From Bacilli bacterium (lineage in GTDB: Bacteria; Bacillota_I; Bacilli_A; RF39; UBA660): DNA of 44,288 nucleotides. The stretch lies in NCBI GenBank assembly GCA_038321575.1, contig JBBQFD010000003.1, forward strand, positions 1-44,288. The letters are read 5' to 3'. The position numbers were made by a program, and so were the translations under genes. Below the pieces are notes generated by a model that saw only the letters and a list, made by a program, of their open reading frames with translations, searched no databases and was not told the origin of the DNA. How positions within the stretch are numbered: the stretch's first letter is position 1; every line of letters starts with the position of its first letter. Positions 29,403-38,039 of the stretch are shown here, in pieces.

Positions 29403-31991
29403 ATGAATAAAATAATATTAGTAGATGGTAATAATTTATTATTTAGAAGTTATTATGCTACTGCTTATAATGGCAATTTCATGAAAAATAGTAAAGATTT
29501 TCCAACTAATGCTTTATTTGGTTTTACGAACATGATGAATAAGATTATTGCTGAAGAAAAACCCCAATATATATTGGTGGCTTTTGATAAAGGCAAAACC
29601 TTTCGTCATGATAAATATGAAACTTATAAAGCAGGTCGTATTGAAACACCCAATGAATTAAAACAACAATTTCCCATTGCTAAAGAGATGTTAACGGCCA
29701 TGGGTATTAAATACTATGAAATAAATAATTATGAAGCTGATGATATCATTGGTACTTTTGCTAAGTTTTGTGATCTTGATCCTAATTTTATTGCAACAAT
29801 TGTTAGTAGTGACAAGGATTTATTACAATTAATTTCTAATGATGTTGATATTAAATTATTAAAACAAAAAGATTATATTCGTTATGATAAGAAATCTTTT
29901 ATTGAAGAATATAAATTTGATCCCATTAAAATAGTTGATTTAAAAGCCCTCCAAGGTGACCCCTCAGATAATATTCCGGGAGTTAAAGGAATAGGGGAAA
30001 AGACTGCTTTAAAACTCATTCAAGACTATCAAACTTTAGATAATGTTTATGCTAATCTTGATCATATTGGTGGCAAATTAAAAGATAAACTAATTGCTGA
30101 TCATGATAATGCTTATTTAAGTTATGAACTAGCTACGATTGAAAAATCAGTGCCAGTTGAAATTAACCTTGATGATATTATTTATCATGGCATTAATCAA
30201 GATAAATTAAATACTATTTATGAGGATTTAGAGTTTTATTCACTCTTAAAGAAAATAAATAAACCAGCCGAAACCAAAAAAATTGATATTAAAATTATTA
30301 AAGATCTAGGTGAAATACATATTACTGAAGATTGTGCGGTATATCTAGAAATTCTTGGGACTAATTATCATACTTCTAAAGTCTTAGGTATGGGTGTTTA
30401 TAATAAAGATTATAGTTATTATATACCCATAGATGTTCTGTTAAAGAAACCTGATTTCTTAATTAAAAACATAAAATATACTTATGATTTAAAGAAGTTA
30501 TATGTTGCTTTAAAGTGGTTACAAATTCCGGTTACAAATATTACTTTTGATACCATGATAGCAGCTTATTTACTTGATTATAATGTTAAAGATGATATAG
30601 CATATTTAGCTAATGGTTTTGGTAGTGATATTCCTTTTTATGAAAATATCTATGGTAAAAATAATAAGTTTTTAGAACCTGATATCAATATTATTGCTGA
30701 ACAAGCCATCTTGAAAGCTAAGTTTATTTATGATTCTTATACCGATTTAAAAGCTAAACTTATTAAAGAAGACTTATATAACTTGTTTTATGATATTGAA
30801 CTCCCTACAGCCTTAGTTTTAGGGGATATGGAGTATGCTGGCATATATGTTAATAAACAAGAATTAACTGATATGGGTCAAGAAATAAATATTAAAATTG
30901 AATTTGTTAGTAAAGATATCTATAATTATGCTGGAGCGGAATTTAATATCGCCTCACCTAAACAATTAGGTGAAGTCTTATTTGATAAGTTAAATTTACC
31001 TCATTCTAAAAAAGGAACAACTGGTTATTCAACAGCAATAGATGTTTTAAATCGTTTAAATGGTAAACACCCCATTATTGAACATATTATTGAGTATCGT
31101 ATGCTCATGAAACTACGTACTACTTATATTGATGGTTTAATTAATATGGTTATGGATGATGGTAAGATCCATACGATTTATAATCAAACCTTAACGAGAA
31201 CCGGAAGATTATCATCAATCGAACCAAATCTTCAAAATATTCCTATAAGATCTGAATATGGACGACTTATTCGCAAGGCTTTTGTCCCTAGTGAAAATTG
31301 TCTTTTATTAAGTGGCGATTACTCGCAAATTGAATTACGCATTTTAGCCCACATGGCGAATGTTAAATCATTAATCGAAGCTTTTAAAGCGGGTATGGAT
31401 ATTCACACTAAAACCGCTATGGATATTTTCCATGTTGCAGAAGGTGAAGTTACTAAAAAGATGCGTCGTATCTCTAAAGCTGTTAACTTTGGTATTATCT
31501 ATGGTATTAGTAGTTTCGGATTATCCGAAAACTTAGATATCAGTATGAGTGATGCTAAAACATTTATTGAGACTTATCTACACACATATCCTGGTATTAA
31601 AGAATATATGGATGCCTGTATTAAACAAGCTTATGTTGATGGTTATGTTAAAACCTTGCTTAATCGCAAACGTAATTTACCAGAACTTAAAAATACTAAC
31701 TATATGATTCGTCAACAAGGTGAGCGTATGGCCCTTAATACACCTATTCAAGGAACAAGCGCTGATATCATCAAAAAAGCCATGGTGGCCATCCATAAGG
31801 CTTTTAAAGACAATAAATTACAAAGCCAAATGATTTTACAAGTTCACGATGAACTAGTATTTGATTGTTTAGAAAGTGAGAAAGATATCGTTATTAATAT
31901 TGTTACTGACATAATGGAACATAACTTTGAATTAAAAGTACCATTAAAAGTCGATATTGAATATGGAAATAACTGGTATCAAGCAAAATAA
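29403..31991 (+). CDS. polA: DNA polymerase I
   Basis: 5'-3' exonuclease motifs LVDGNNL, EADD and GDPSDNIPGV; polymerase motifs DYSQIELR, KAVNFGIIYG and QVHDEL. Confidence 0.98.
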   Translation: MNKIILVDGNNLLFRSYYATAYNGNFMKNSKDFPTNALFGFTNMMNKIIAEEKPQYILVAFDKGKTFRHDKYETYKAGRIETPNELKQQFPIAKEMLTAMGIKYYEINNYEADDIIGTFAKFCDLDPNFIATIVSSDKDLLQLISNDVDIKLLKQKDYIRYDKKSFIEEYKFDPIKIVDLKALQGDPSDNIPGVKGIGEKTALKLIQDYQTLDNVYANLDHIGGKLKDKLIADHDNAYLSYELATIEKSVPVEINLDDIIYHGINQDKLNTIYEDLEFYSLLKKINKPAETKKIDIKIIKDLGEIHITEDCAVYLEILGTNYHTSKVLGMGVYNKDYSYYIPIDVLLKKPDFLIKNIKYTYDLKKLYVALKWLQIPVTNITFDTMIAAYLLDYNVKDDIAYLANGFGSDIPFYENIYGKNNKFLEPDINIIAEQAILKAKFIYDSYTDLKAKLIKEDLYNLFYDIELPTALVLGDMEYAGIYVNKQELTDMGQEINIKIEFVSKDIYNYAGAEFNIASPKQLGEVLFDKLNLPHSKKGTTGYSTAIDVLNRLNGKHPIIEHIIEYRMLMKLRTTYIDGLINMVMDDGKIHTIYNQTLTRTGRLSSIEPNLQNIPIRSEYGRLIRKAFVPSENCLLLSGDYSQIELRILAHMANVKSLIEAFKAGMDIHTKTAMDIFHVAEGEVTKKMRRISKAVNFGIIYGISSFGLSENLDISMSDAKTFIETYLHTYPGIKEYMDACIKQAYVDGYVKTLLNRKRNLPELKNTNYMIRQQGERMALNTPIQGTSADIIKKAMVAIHKAFKDNKLQSQMILQVHDELVFDCLESEKDIVINIVTDIMEHNFELKVPLKVDIEYGNNWYQAK

Positions 31992-31992
31992 A

Positions 31993-32196
31993 ATGCAAAA
32001 AAATAGTTTAAAATTAACATTACTTAAAAGAAAAAAATATATCATAAACCAAGTTAAAGCTAATCTTAATTTAACTGATGAAGAAGCTATTGGAAGTGAT
32101 TTTAAAGCTATTGGCCAAGATATCGAAAACGCTATGGCAGCTTTTCGAAAAGATATGCCAAAAATTTTAATAAAAAAAGACACAAGTAACCGCTAA
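31993..32196 (+). CDS. Small hypothetical protein
   Basis: 67-aa ORF starting 1 nt after the polA stop and filling the gap to the next promoter. Confidence 0.5.
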   Translation: MQKNSLKLTLLKRKKYIINQVKANLNLTDEEAIGSDFKAIGQDIENAMAAFRKDMPKILIKKDTSNR

Positions 32197-32230
32197 ATAT
32201 GTTATATTAATAATAATGAGGAGTGATATA

Positions 32231-32521
32231 TTGACGGAGCTATCAATATTAAAAAATCACCATCGTGAGTTATCTCATATTATGGAAGGTTATTTAAATA
32301 ATAATGAACAAGTTAAAGAAGCAATAAAGATTTATCAAGAATGTCGTATTGCGACTGATAATAGTGTTAGATGTAAATTAATTCAATTAGCAGAGTCTTA
32401 TATTGGAAAAGATCCCGAAGCTCGTCAAGCTTTAAAATGCTATAATCATATTATCTTTCTTGAAGAGAGAATTATGAGTCTACAAACTATAGAAAGTGAA
32501 GAATTAGTATGCACAAAGTAA
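32231..32521 (+). CDS. Hypothetical helical protein, overlapping the CDF gene start
   Basis: TGTTATATT extended -10 at 32200, SD GAGGAG, in-frame TTG at 32231. Confidence 0.65.
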   Translation: MTELSILKNHHRELSHIMEGYLNNNEQVKEAIKIYQECRIATDNSVRCKLIQLAESYIGKDPEARQALKCYNHIIFLEERIMSLQTIESEELVCTK

Positions 32522-33360
32522 CCAGAGTTATGGTCATAGTTTTACTTACTAATATGATTTTATCAATAATGCAAGTTATTGTTGGATTAATTGGTAGATC
32601 AAGTGCGGTTATTGCGGATGGGGTTCATACCTTAAGTGATATGACCACTGATGTTGTAGCTATTTTTGGTATAAGATTTTCTAATAAACGTGCTAATAAA
32701 GCCCACCCTTATGGATATGGGCAAGTTGAATATATAACTAGTATCTTTATTGGGGTCGTAGTTGTTATTGTTGGTTTATTCTTAATCAATAGTACCATGA
32801 ATAACGCCACCATGGTTCCTAGTATTTATGTTGTTATAGTAACCATCATTACGATTATTACTAAATATATATTATCTAATTATGTATTAGTTAAAGGTTA
32901 TCGTTGGGATAACTCAATCTTAATTGCTAGTGGTCGTGAAAGTCATGCTGATGTTATTAGTTCAATCTTTGTTCTAACATCATCATTACTAGCACAATTA
33001 ACCCGCTATAGTAATATGTTTATTTATTCTGATCGTGTTGCTGCTATTTTAGTAAGTATTTTCATTATTAGAGTTGGTTTTAAAATTGTTAGTGAAAACA
33101 TCAGTGTTATTATTGGTGAACAAGAAACGAATCAAGGTTTTCTTGATGAAGTTAAAGAAATAATCTTAAAAGAAAATAAAATTGAACATATCGATAATAT
33201 TGTTGCTTTAAAGTTTGGACCATACTACAAATTAAATTTAGAAGTCAAAATGGATGGTCATCTTACTTTAAAGGATGTTAATAAAGTTATGCTTAGAATT
33301 AAAAAACAATTAAAAAAAGATAAGAAAATAAGATATATAACGATTCAGGTTAATAATTAA
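32509..33360 (+). CDS. Cation diffusion facilitator (FieF-like) transporter, copy 1
   Basis: SSAVIADGVHTLSD and HPYGYGQVEY motifs, multiple TM helices and a C-terminal dimerisation domain. Confidence 0.92.
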   Translation: MHKVTRVMVIVLLTNMILSIMQVIVGLIGRSSAVIADGVHTLSDMTTDVVAIFGIRFSNKRANKAHPYGYGQVEYITSIFIGVVVVIVGLFLINSTMNNATMVPSIYVVIVTIITIITKYILSNYVLVKGYRWDNSILIASGRESHADVISSIFVLTSSLLAQLTRYSNMFIYSDRVAAILVSIFIIRVGFKIVSENISVIIGEQETNQGFLDEVKEIILKENKIEHIDNIVALKFGPYYKLNLEVKMDGHLTLKDVNKVMLRIKKQLKKDKKIRYITIQVNN

Positions 33361-33369
33361 AGGAGTCAT

Positions 33370-34230
33370 ATGAATAAAGTTACAAAAGTTATGTCAGTTA
33401 GTTTTGTGTCTAATGTATCGCTATCCCTTTTAAAAGTCATTATTGGAACTATTGGTCACTCAACAGCGATTGTCGCTGATGGTGCCCATTCTTTTAGTGA
33501 TCTTTTAACCGACCTAGTAGCAATTATTGGTAATAAAATGTCTTTAAAGCCAGCTGATAAGGAACACCCTTATGGCCATGGTCAATTAGAATATCTAACC
33601 TCACTAGCAATTGGAACAGCTGTCCTTTTTATTGCTTTCACTATTATTACAAGTGCTGTTTTTAAAACATCAGTTATTCCTAGTTCATTTGTTATGTGGG
33701 TAAGTTTATTTACCATTATTACTAAATACATCCTTGCTAAATATATTTCTATTCGAGGTATTGAATATAACAATGCCATTTTAAAGGCTAGTGGTCGTGA
33801 AAGCATGGGCGATGTTATTAGTTCAATCTTCGTCCTTATATCAGCCGTTATGATGCAATTAACCCATTATGTTAGTTGGTTTATCTATGCTGATGCGATT
33901 ACTACTATTATTGTTGGTCTATTTATCTTTAGAATTGGTTTCTTAATCATAAAAGATAATATTAGTACCATTATTGAAGAACGAGAATTAGATCCTATCC
34001 TTAATCAACAAGTTACTAATATTATCTTAAATAATTCTAATGTTAAAAAGATTGATAGTTTAATCATAATTAAATCAGGTCCATACTACAAACTAATGAT
34101 TGAATTACAAATGAGTGGTAATGGTACTTTAAATCATATTCATAAGAATATTGATTTAATTGAAAAAAATCTAAAAAAAGCTAATCGTAAATACAAATAT
34201 ATAATGATTCACGTTAGTCCAGCAGAATAG
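33370..34230 (+). CDS. Cation diffusion facilitator (FieF-like) transporter, copy 2
   Basis: STAIVADGAHSFSD, HPYGHGQLEY and IMIHVSP motifs. Confidence 0.93.
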   Translation: MNKVTKVMSVSFVSNVSLSLLKVIIGTIGHSTAIVADGAHSFSDLLTDLVAIIGNKMSLKPADKEHPYGHGQLEYLTSLAIGTAVLFIAFTIITSAVFKTSVIPSSFVMWVSLFTIITKYILAKYISIRGIEYNNAILKASGRESMGDVISSIFVLISAVMMQLTHYVSWFIYADAITTIIVGLFIFRIGFLIIKDNISTIIEERELDPILNQQVTNIILNNSNVKKIDSLIIIKSGPYYKLMIELQMSGNGTLNHIHKNIDLIEKNLKKANRKYKYIMIHVSPAE

Positions 34231-34289
34231 AGGAGGCCATTAAAAAGGCCGCACGTTTAATTGTAGCTTTAATAGTAAGTGATCCCATT

Positions 34290-34487
34290 ATGAGCACCAT
34301 TTGTGATGCTAAACTTAATAGGGTCTGCCCTCGTAACTTTGATAATTATGCTCTCCCTGATCGTAATTTTAATCGTGCTACCAGGAAAGACTTATTACCA
34401 TATCTAATAAAACAATCTACTTACTATAAAGAACAAATGGGGACTATTTATAAACCAGGTCTCATGAAAACTTTAAAACATAAATAA
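34290..34487 (+). CDS. Small hypothetical protein or 5'-truncated remnant
   Basis: 65-aa ORF whose frame is open back to 34218; stop lies directly before the next promoter. Confidence 0.45.
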   Translation: MSTICDAKLNRVCPRNFDNYALPDRNFNRATRKDLLPYLIKQSTYYKEQMGTIYKPGLMKTLKHK

Positions 34488-34489
34488 AA

Positions 34490-34517
34490 TTGACTTATCT
34501 ACTTTTTTAGATATAAT
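34490..34517 (+). promoter_or_regulatory. Sigma-A-like promoter with 16-bp spacer
   Basis: TTGACT(34490-95)-16 nt-TATAAT(34512-17). Confidence 0.75.
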
Positions 34518-34535
34518 ATTGGTGAAAGAGGATTT

Positions 34536-35150
34536 ATGAAAAAAAGTAAATATATTGTTAAAACAACCAAGCACAAACTATTATCTAATATATCACTTCA
34601 AGAAATATATGATGAAAATCATCTTTTAGTTATTCCTGAAGAAGATATAGAAATAGATGATGTTATCGAGCCCATTGTAGTTTCAATTTCTGCATTAGTG
34701 GTATCTGATTTAGTCCCAAATACCCCAATTGTAGTAATAAACGAGTTAGATTATTATGGTTTAAGTGGTAACAAAATGAATAATATTGACGAGGTAGATA
34801 CTTTTATGACAGCTACTCATAATACCAAACCAACACCAAAGAGCCCATCAATTAAGACTACAATATTATATTCAAAAGAGTATGATAAGCACCTAAGAGT
34901 TACTTTTATCGTTAATGCTGATAAATCAATTGACTACTTATCAGTTAGTGAAATCAATAACCCTGTAATTGCCGATTTACCATTAAATGGAGTTAGTAGT
35001 AAAGAACCATTACAATCTTTATTTGAAAAACTATTTAAAAACCAAAAAACTCCGGCTGAACTTAATGTTGATCACAATCGTGAAGCAGCAGCGGAAGCTG
35101 GTAAAGATTATGAACCATATAATGGTCACTCTAAAATATTAAAAAGATAA
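34536..35150 (+). CDS. Hypothetical protein (ORFan)
   Basis: 204 aa, SD GAGGA, own promoter. Confidence 0.8.
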   Translation: MKKSKYIVKTTKHKLLSNISLQEIYDENHLLVIPEEDIEIDDVIEPIVVSISALVVSDLVPNTPIVVINELDYYGLSGNKMNNIDEVDTFMTATHNTKPTPKSPSIKTTILYSKEYDKHLRVTFIVNADKSIDYLSVSEINNPVIADLPLNGVSSKEPLQSLFEKLFKNQKTPAELNVDHNREAAAEAGKDYEPYNGHSKILKR

Positions 35151-35154
35151 TAGC

Positions 35155-35198
35155 TAAAGACATTAGTGTTGACTAATGTCTTTATTAGTATATAATAT
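35155..35198 (+). repeat. Palindromic terminator/promoter cassette, copy 1
   Basis: TAAAGACATTAGT-GTTG-ACTAATGTCTTTA 13-bp inverted repeat containing TTGACT, followed by TATAAT; 30 nt identical to copy 2. Confidence 0.9.
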
Positions 35199-35215
35199 TT
35201 AAAAAAGAGGTTTTT

Positions 35216-35767
35216 ATGGAACAAGATTATAATGCTAAATTAAATTATTATATTAATAATAATCTTCGTAAAACGAAATTACTAGTTTATTTAAAAGAGT
35301 TAGCGCAAACTAACCCCAAGAATATTCTTTTAATTAATAGTTTTATTACTTTAATTGAAAAACGTAATGCTGATTTTTTAAAAATCAGCAATCAAGAGAA
35401 ACAAAAGATTTTAAGAGAATTAAATACTCATCATTTTGGTGATAACAACATTGTTAAACGTAGCGAAGTTTTAGTAACTAAAACTCCGGTTAGTCGAATA
35501 ACCTCAACCTTAACTTATCACGATAATGATGCGGGCACTATTTTAGATTTATCTTTTAGTGAATTTACTACACCAATTCAAATTAAGGTTAATAAGTCAC
35601 AAATTAATAAAAGAAAATTAACGCTTGATGAAGTCTACCAAAAGATTAAAAGCACTCCTAATTGGAAACAACTATTAGATGATATTTTTTATTCATCAAT
35701 TAATAGTGATCAATCAGATTATAATGCTGATGATATTAGGGAATCAGTCAAATCTTTTCAAAAATAA
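35216..35767 (+). CDS. Hypothetical protein (ORFan) flanked by direct repeats
   Basis: 183 aa, SD GAGGT. Confidence 0.8.
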   Translation: MEQDYNAKLNYYINNNLRKTKLLVYLKELAQTNPKNILLINSFITLIEKRNADFLKISNQEKQKILRELNTHHFGDNNIVKRSEVLVTKTPVSRITSTLTYHDNDAGTILDLSFSEFTTPIQIKVNKSQINKRKLTLDEVYQKIKSTPNWKQLLDDIFYSSINSDQSDYNADDIRESVKSFQK

Positions 35768-35772
35768 TATAT

Positions 35773-35816
35773 AAGACATTAGTTTATTGACTAATGTCTT
35801 TATTAGTATATAATAT
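35773..35816 (+). repeat. Palindromic terminator/promoter cassette, copy 2
   Basis: AAGACATTAGT-TTATTG-ACTAATGTCTT; 35787-35816 is identical to 35169-35198. Confidence 0.9.
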
Positions 35817-35835
35817 ATTATCAAGGAGTTGACTT

Positions 35836-36663
35836 ATGACGATAGATTTAATTACTAAAGTTGTTAAGAAACTTGATCCCCAAGGCGAACTTAATAAGTT
35901 CTTACAATCCCTATCTAAAAATGCTTTAATGGAAACCAGAGCATCTATAATTGAACATAGTATGGAAGTAAAACATTTTATCTGTGTTATGAATTATATT
36001 GGTAATACTAATCATATTATTGAATATAGTGGATTTTTAAGTGAACTTAAAAGTTCGATTACAACATCTGAATATAAACAAATGATTCAAAGTCAAAGAA
36101 AACAAGTTCTATCCATTCTCATTAAAACCGACTCGTATTTATCAATGTTATTTAATGAAGAAGTAATTGAATACTTACAACTATCTACTGCTATTTTATG
36201 TAATCTCCGCAATTCATCAATTTTAACTAATGAAGAAAGAATTGAAAAGCTTGATTTAGAAAATATCTTTTTACTTTTAAGTCGAGAAATCTGTCCTCAT
36301 CCTTTATGGATTAATTTAAATAATCCTAATGCTGCTTATGACTTCCCTGATCAAACTTGTAAATGTGCGCTATGTGGTGATGCTATAGTATCCTCTGATA
36401 TAGCTGATTTTAATTATGGGTCTCATATTGATAAAAGTGGTCGTCAAAGAGTCTATGGTGGGCCGATAATTGGTATTCCTGAGGATCTTGTTATTGCTTA
36501 TAAACGTGCTGAGGAAGAAAGAATTATTCCAATAGAATTTAATAAATTAATTCTTAAGAATAAAGATATTCCACTACATATCTTAGCTGAACAATTTATT
36601 CAAGGAAAAGAATCATTAAACTGTTCAAATGATAAACAAAAGTCTAATCGTATTAATAAGTAA
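35836..36663 (+). CDS. Hypothetical protein with a C-x-H...C-x2-C-G putative zinc finger
   Basis: ICPH-x21-CALCG; SD AAGGAG. Confidence 0.8.
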   Translation: MTIDLITKVVKKLDPQGELNKFLQSLSKNALMETRASIIEHSMEVKHFICVMNYIGNTNHIIEYSGFLSELKSSITTSEYKQMIQSQRKQVLSILIKTDSYLSMLFNEEVIEYLQLSTAILCNLRNSSILTNEERIEKLDLENIFLLLSREICPHPLWINLNNPNAAYDFPDQTCKCALCGDAIVSSDIADFNYGSHIDKSGRQRVYGGPIIGIPEDLVIAYKRAEEERIIPIEFNKLILKNKDIPLHILAEQFIQGKESLNCSNDKQKSNRINK

Positions 36664-36673
36664 GGAGAATATT

Positions 36674-37330
36674 ATGGAAGATAAAACATTATATAAAGCA
36701 ACTTGTGAACAAGAAATAACTAAGTTAAAAAAACAAATCGAAACATGCAAAAAGAATATTGATTATGATAAACATCCTTTTAATCATCCCTTAACCCAAA
36801 GATTACTTGTTCTTAAAACCGAATTAAGTAGCATGTTTATCATTAGACAAAGTTACTGTGATCATGGTTTGTTATTAACTAATGATCAAGATAAAGATTG
36901 TTTTTATCAATGCATTGAATGTGGTAAGATAATTACCGAAAAAGAAACTAATACTGAAGTTATTGATATTAAAGAATTAAAGATAAATTCATCTATTAAT
37001 ATCGCTCCGGTAATCCTTTATCTCCATGAACAATACCTAAAGACCTATAATACTAATCAAGGTTTTAAAGAATATATTATTAATAACTTTAAAAACAGGG
37101 CTATTAAAAAGATGTCTGATGACACTAAAAGATATATTGATGATATTGTTGATATCTTAATTAGTTATAATGAACCTGCTGTTGAATTAGAGAAATATTT
37201 ATTTAATAAAGAAACAATTGCTTTAGGTCTCAATAAAAACATGACTTTTGATGTTGATTCTTTTCGTGATCTTATCTATCAACAACTAGATGAATATCAT
37301 CAAGAAAAGGATATAAAACATGGAAAATAA
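36674..37330 (+). CDS. Hypothetical protein with a C-x-H...C-x2-C-G putative zinc finger
   Basis: YCDH-x15-CIECG; start at ATG 36674 after AAGGAG. Confidence 0.8.
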   Translation: MEDKTLYKATCEQEITKLKKQIETCKKNIDYDKHPFNHPLTQRLLVLKTELSSMFIIRQSYCDHGLLLTNDQDKDCFYQCIECGKIITEKETNTEVIDIKELKINSSINIAPVILYLHEQYLKTYNTNQGFKEYIINNFKNRAIKKMSDDTKRYIDDIVDILISYNEPAVELEKYLFNKETIALGLNKNMTFDVDSFRDLIYQQLDEYHQEKDIKHGK

Positions 37331-38039
37331 AGATACTTTAGATTTAAAAATAAAAGAATTAAAAGATAAACTTATTTTATCAGAAGAACGTGCTAATAAA
37401 CATGGTAAAAATCTTAGAAGTTTTCATGTTAAAGCACTTGTTTATCAACTTAATGAATTAAGTCAACTTCAAATGGCAAGACAAGCAATATGTAAGCATA
37501 ATATGATTTTAAATAATAATCTAGATTTTCCTTTCCAACACCACTGTTTAGAATGTGGTTTTACCATTTATCCTATCACTAATGCTATTCATCAATCAGA
37601 TCTTGCACTAGGAATGGAAGTTATTTTGATGAGTGATTTAATTAAGATTAATCCTGATAAATTAGTGACGATTATTACTAATGCTTATCAATCTTTTAAT
37701 GGTACTAAAAAAGAGTTTAAAGACTTTGTTTTAAATACTTATAAAAATGAAGAAGTAATAGCACCATCAGTTGATGTTATGAATATTGTTTATAATTATA
37801 TTAAGGTCTTAAGTAGATTCTCTAATCCTACTTATGAATTAAATGATTTTTTAAAAGGTAAAAAAACTATTACTTTAAGAAAACATCCAGAATTAATCAT
37901 TAGTTCTGATATTTTAAAAAAACTCATTCATCAACATATGCCTGAGGTATATGTTGATGCCCAAACTAAAGATGAGATTGATAATGAACCAAGAAGATAT
38001 CTGAAAGTTAAGGTTTTAACTAATGATAAAAACCGTTGA
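37320..38039 (+). CDS. Hypothetical protein with a C-x-H...C-x2-C-G putative zinc finger; paralog of the preceding gene
   Basis: ICKH-x15-CLECG; colinear similarity to 36674-37330. Confidence 0.8.
   Translation: MENKDTLDLKIKELKDKLILSEERANKHGKNLRSFHVKALVYQLNELSQLQMARQAICKHNMILNNNLDFPFQHHCLECGFTIYPITNAIHQSDLALGMEVILMSDLIKINPDKLVTIITNAYQSFNGTKKEFKDFVLNTYKNEEVIAPSVDVMNIVYNYIKVLSRFSNPTYELNDFLKGKKTITLRKHPELIISSDILKKLIHQHMPEVYVDAQTKDEIDNEPRRYLKVKVLTNDKNR

Noticed and set aside
24006-31991. Inteins or introns in polC or polA
   Set aside because: Lengths (1442 and 862 aa) and motif order are normal, with no insertion evident.
35155-35816. CRISPR array or integron attC sites
   Set aside because: Only two copies 618 bp apart, no cas or integrase gene in the window, and no RYYYAAC/GTTRRRY ends.
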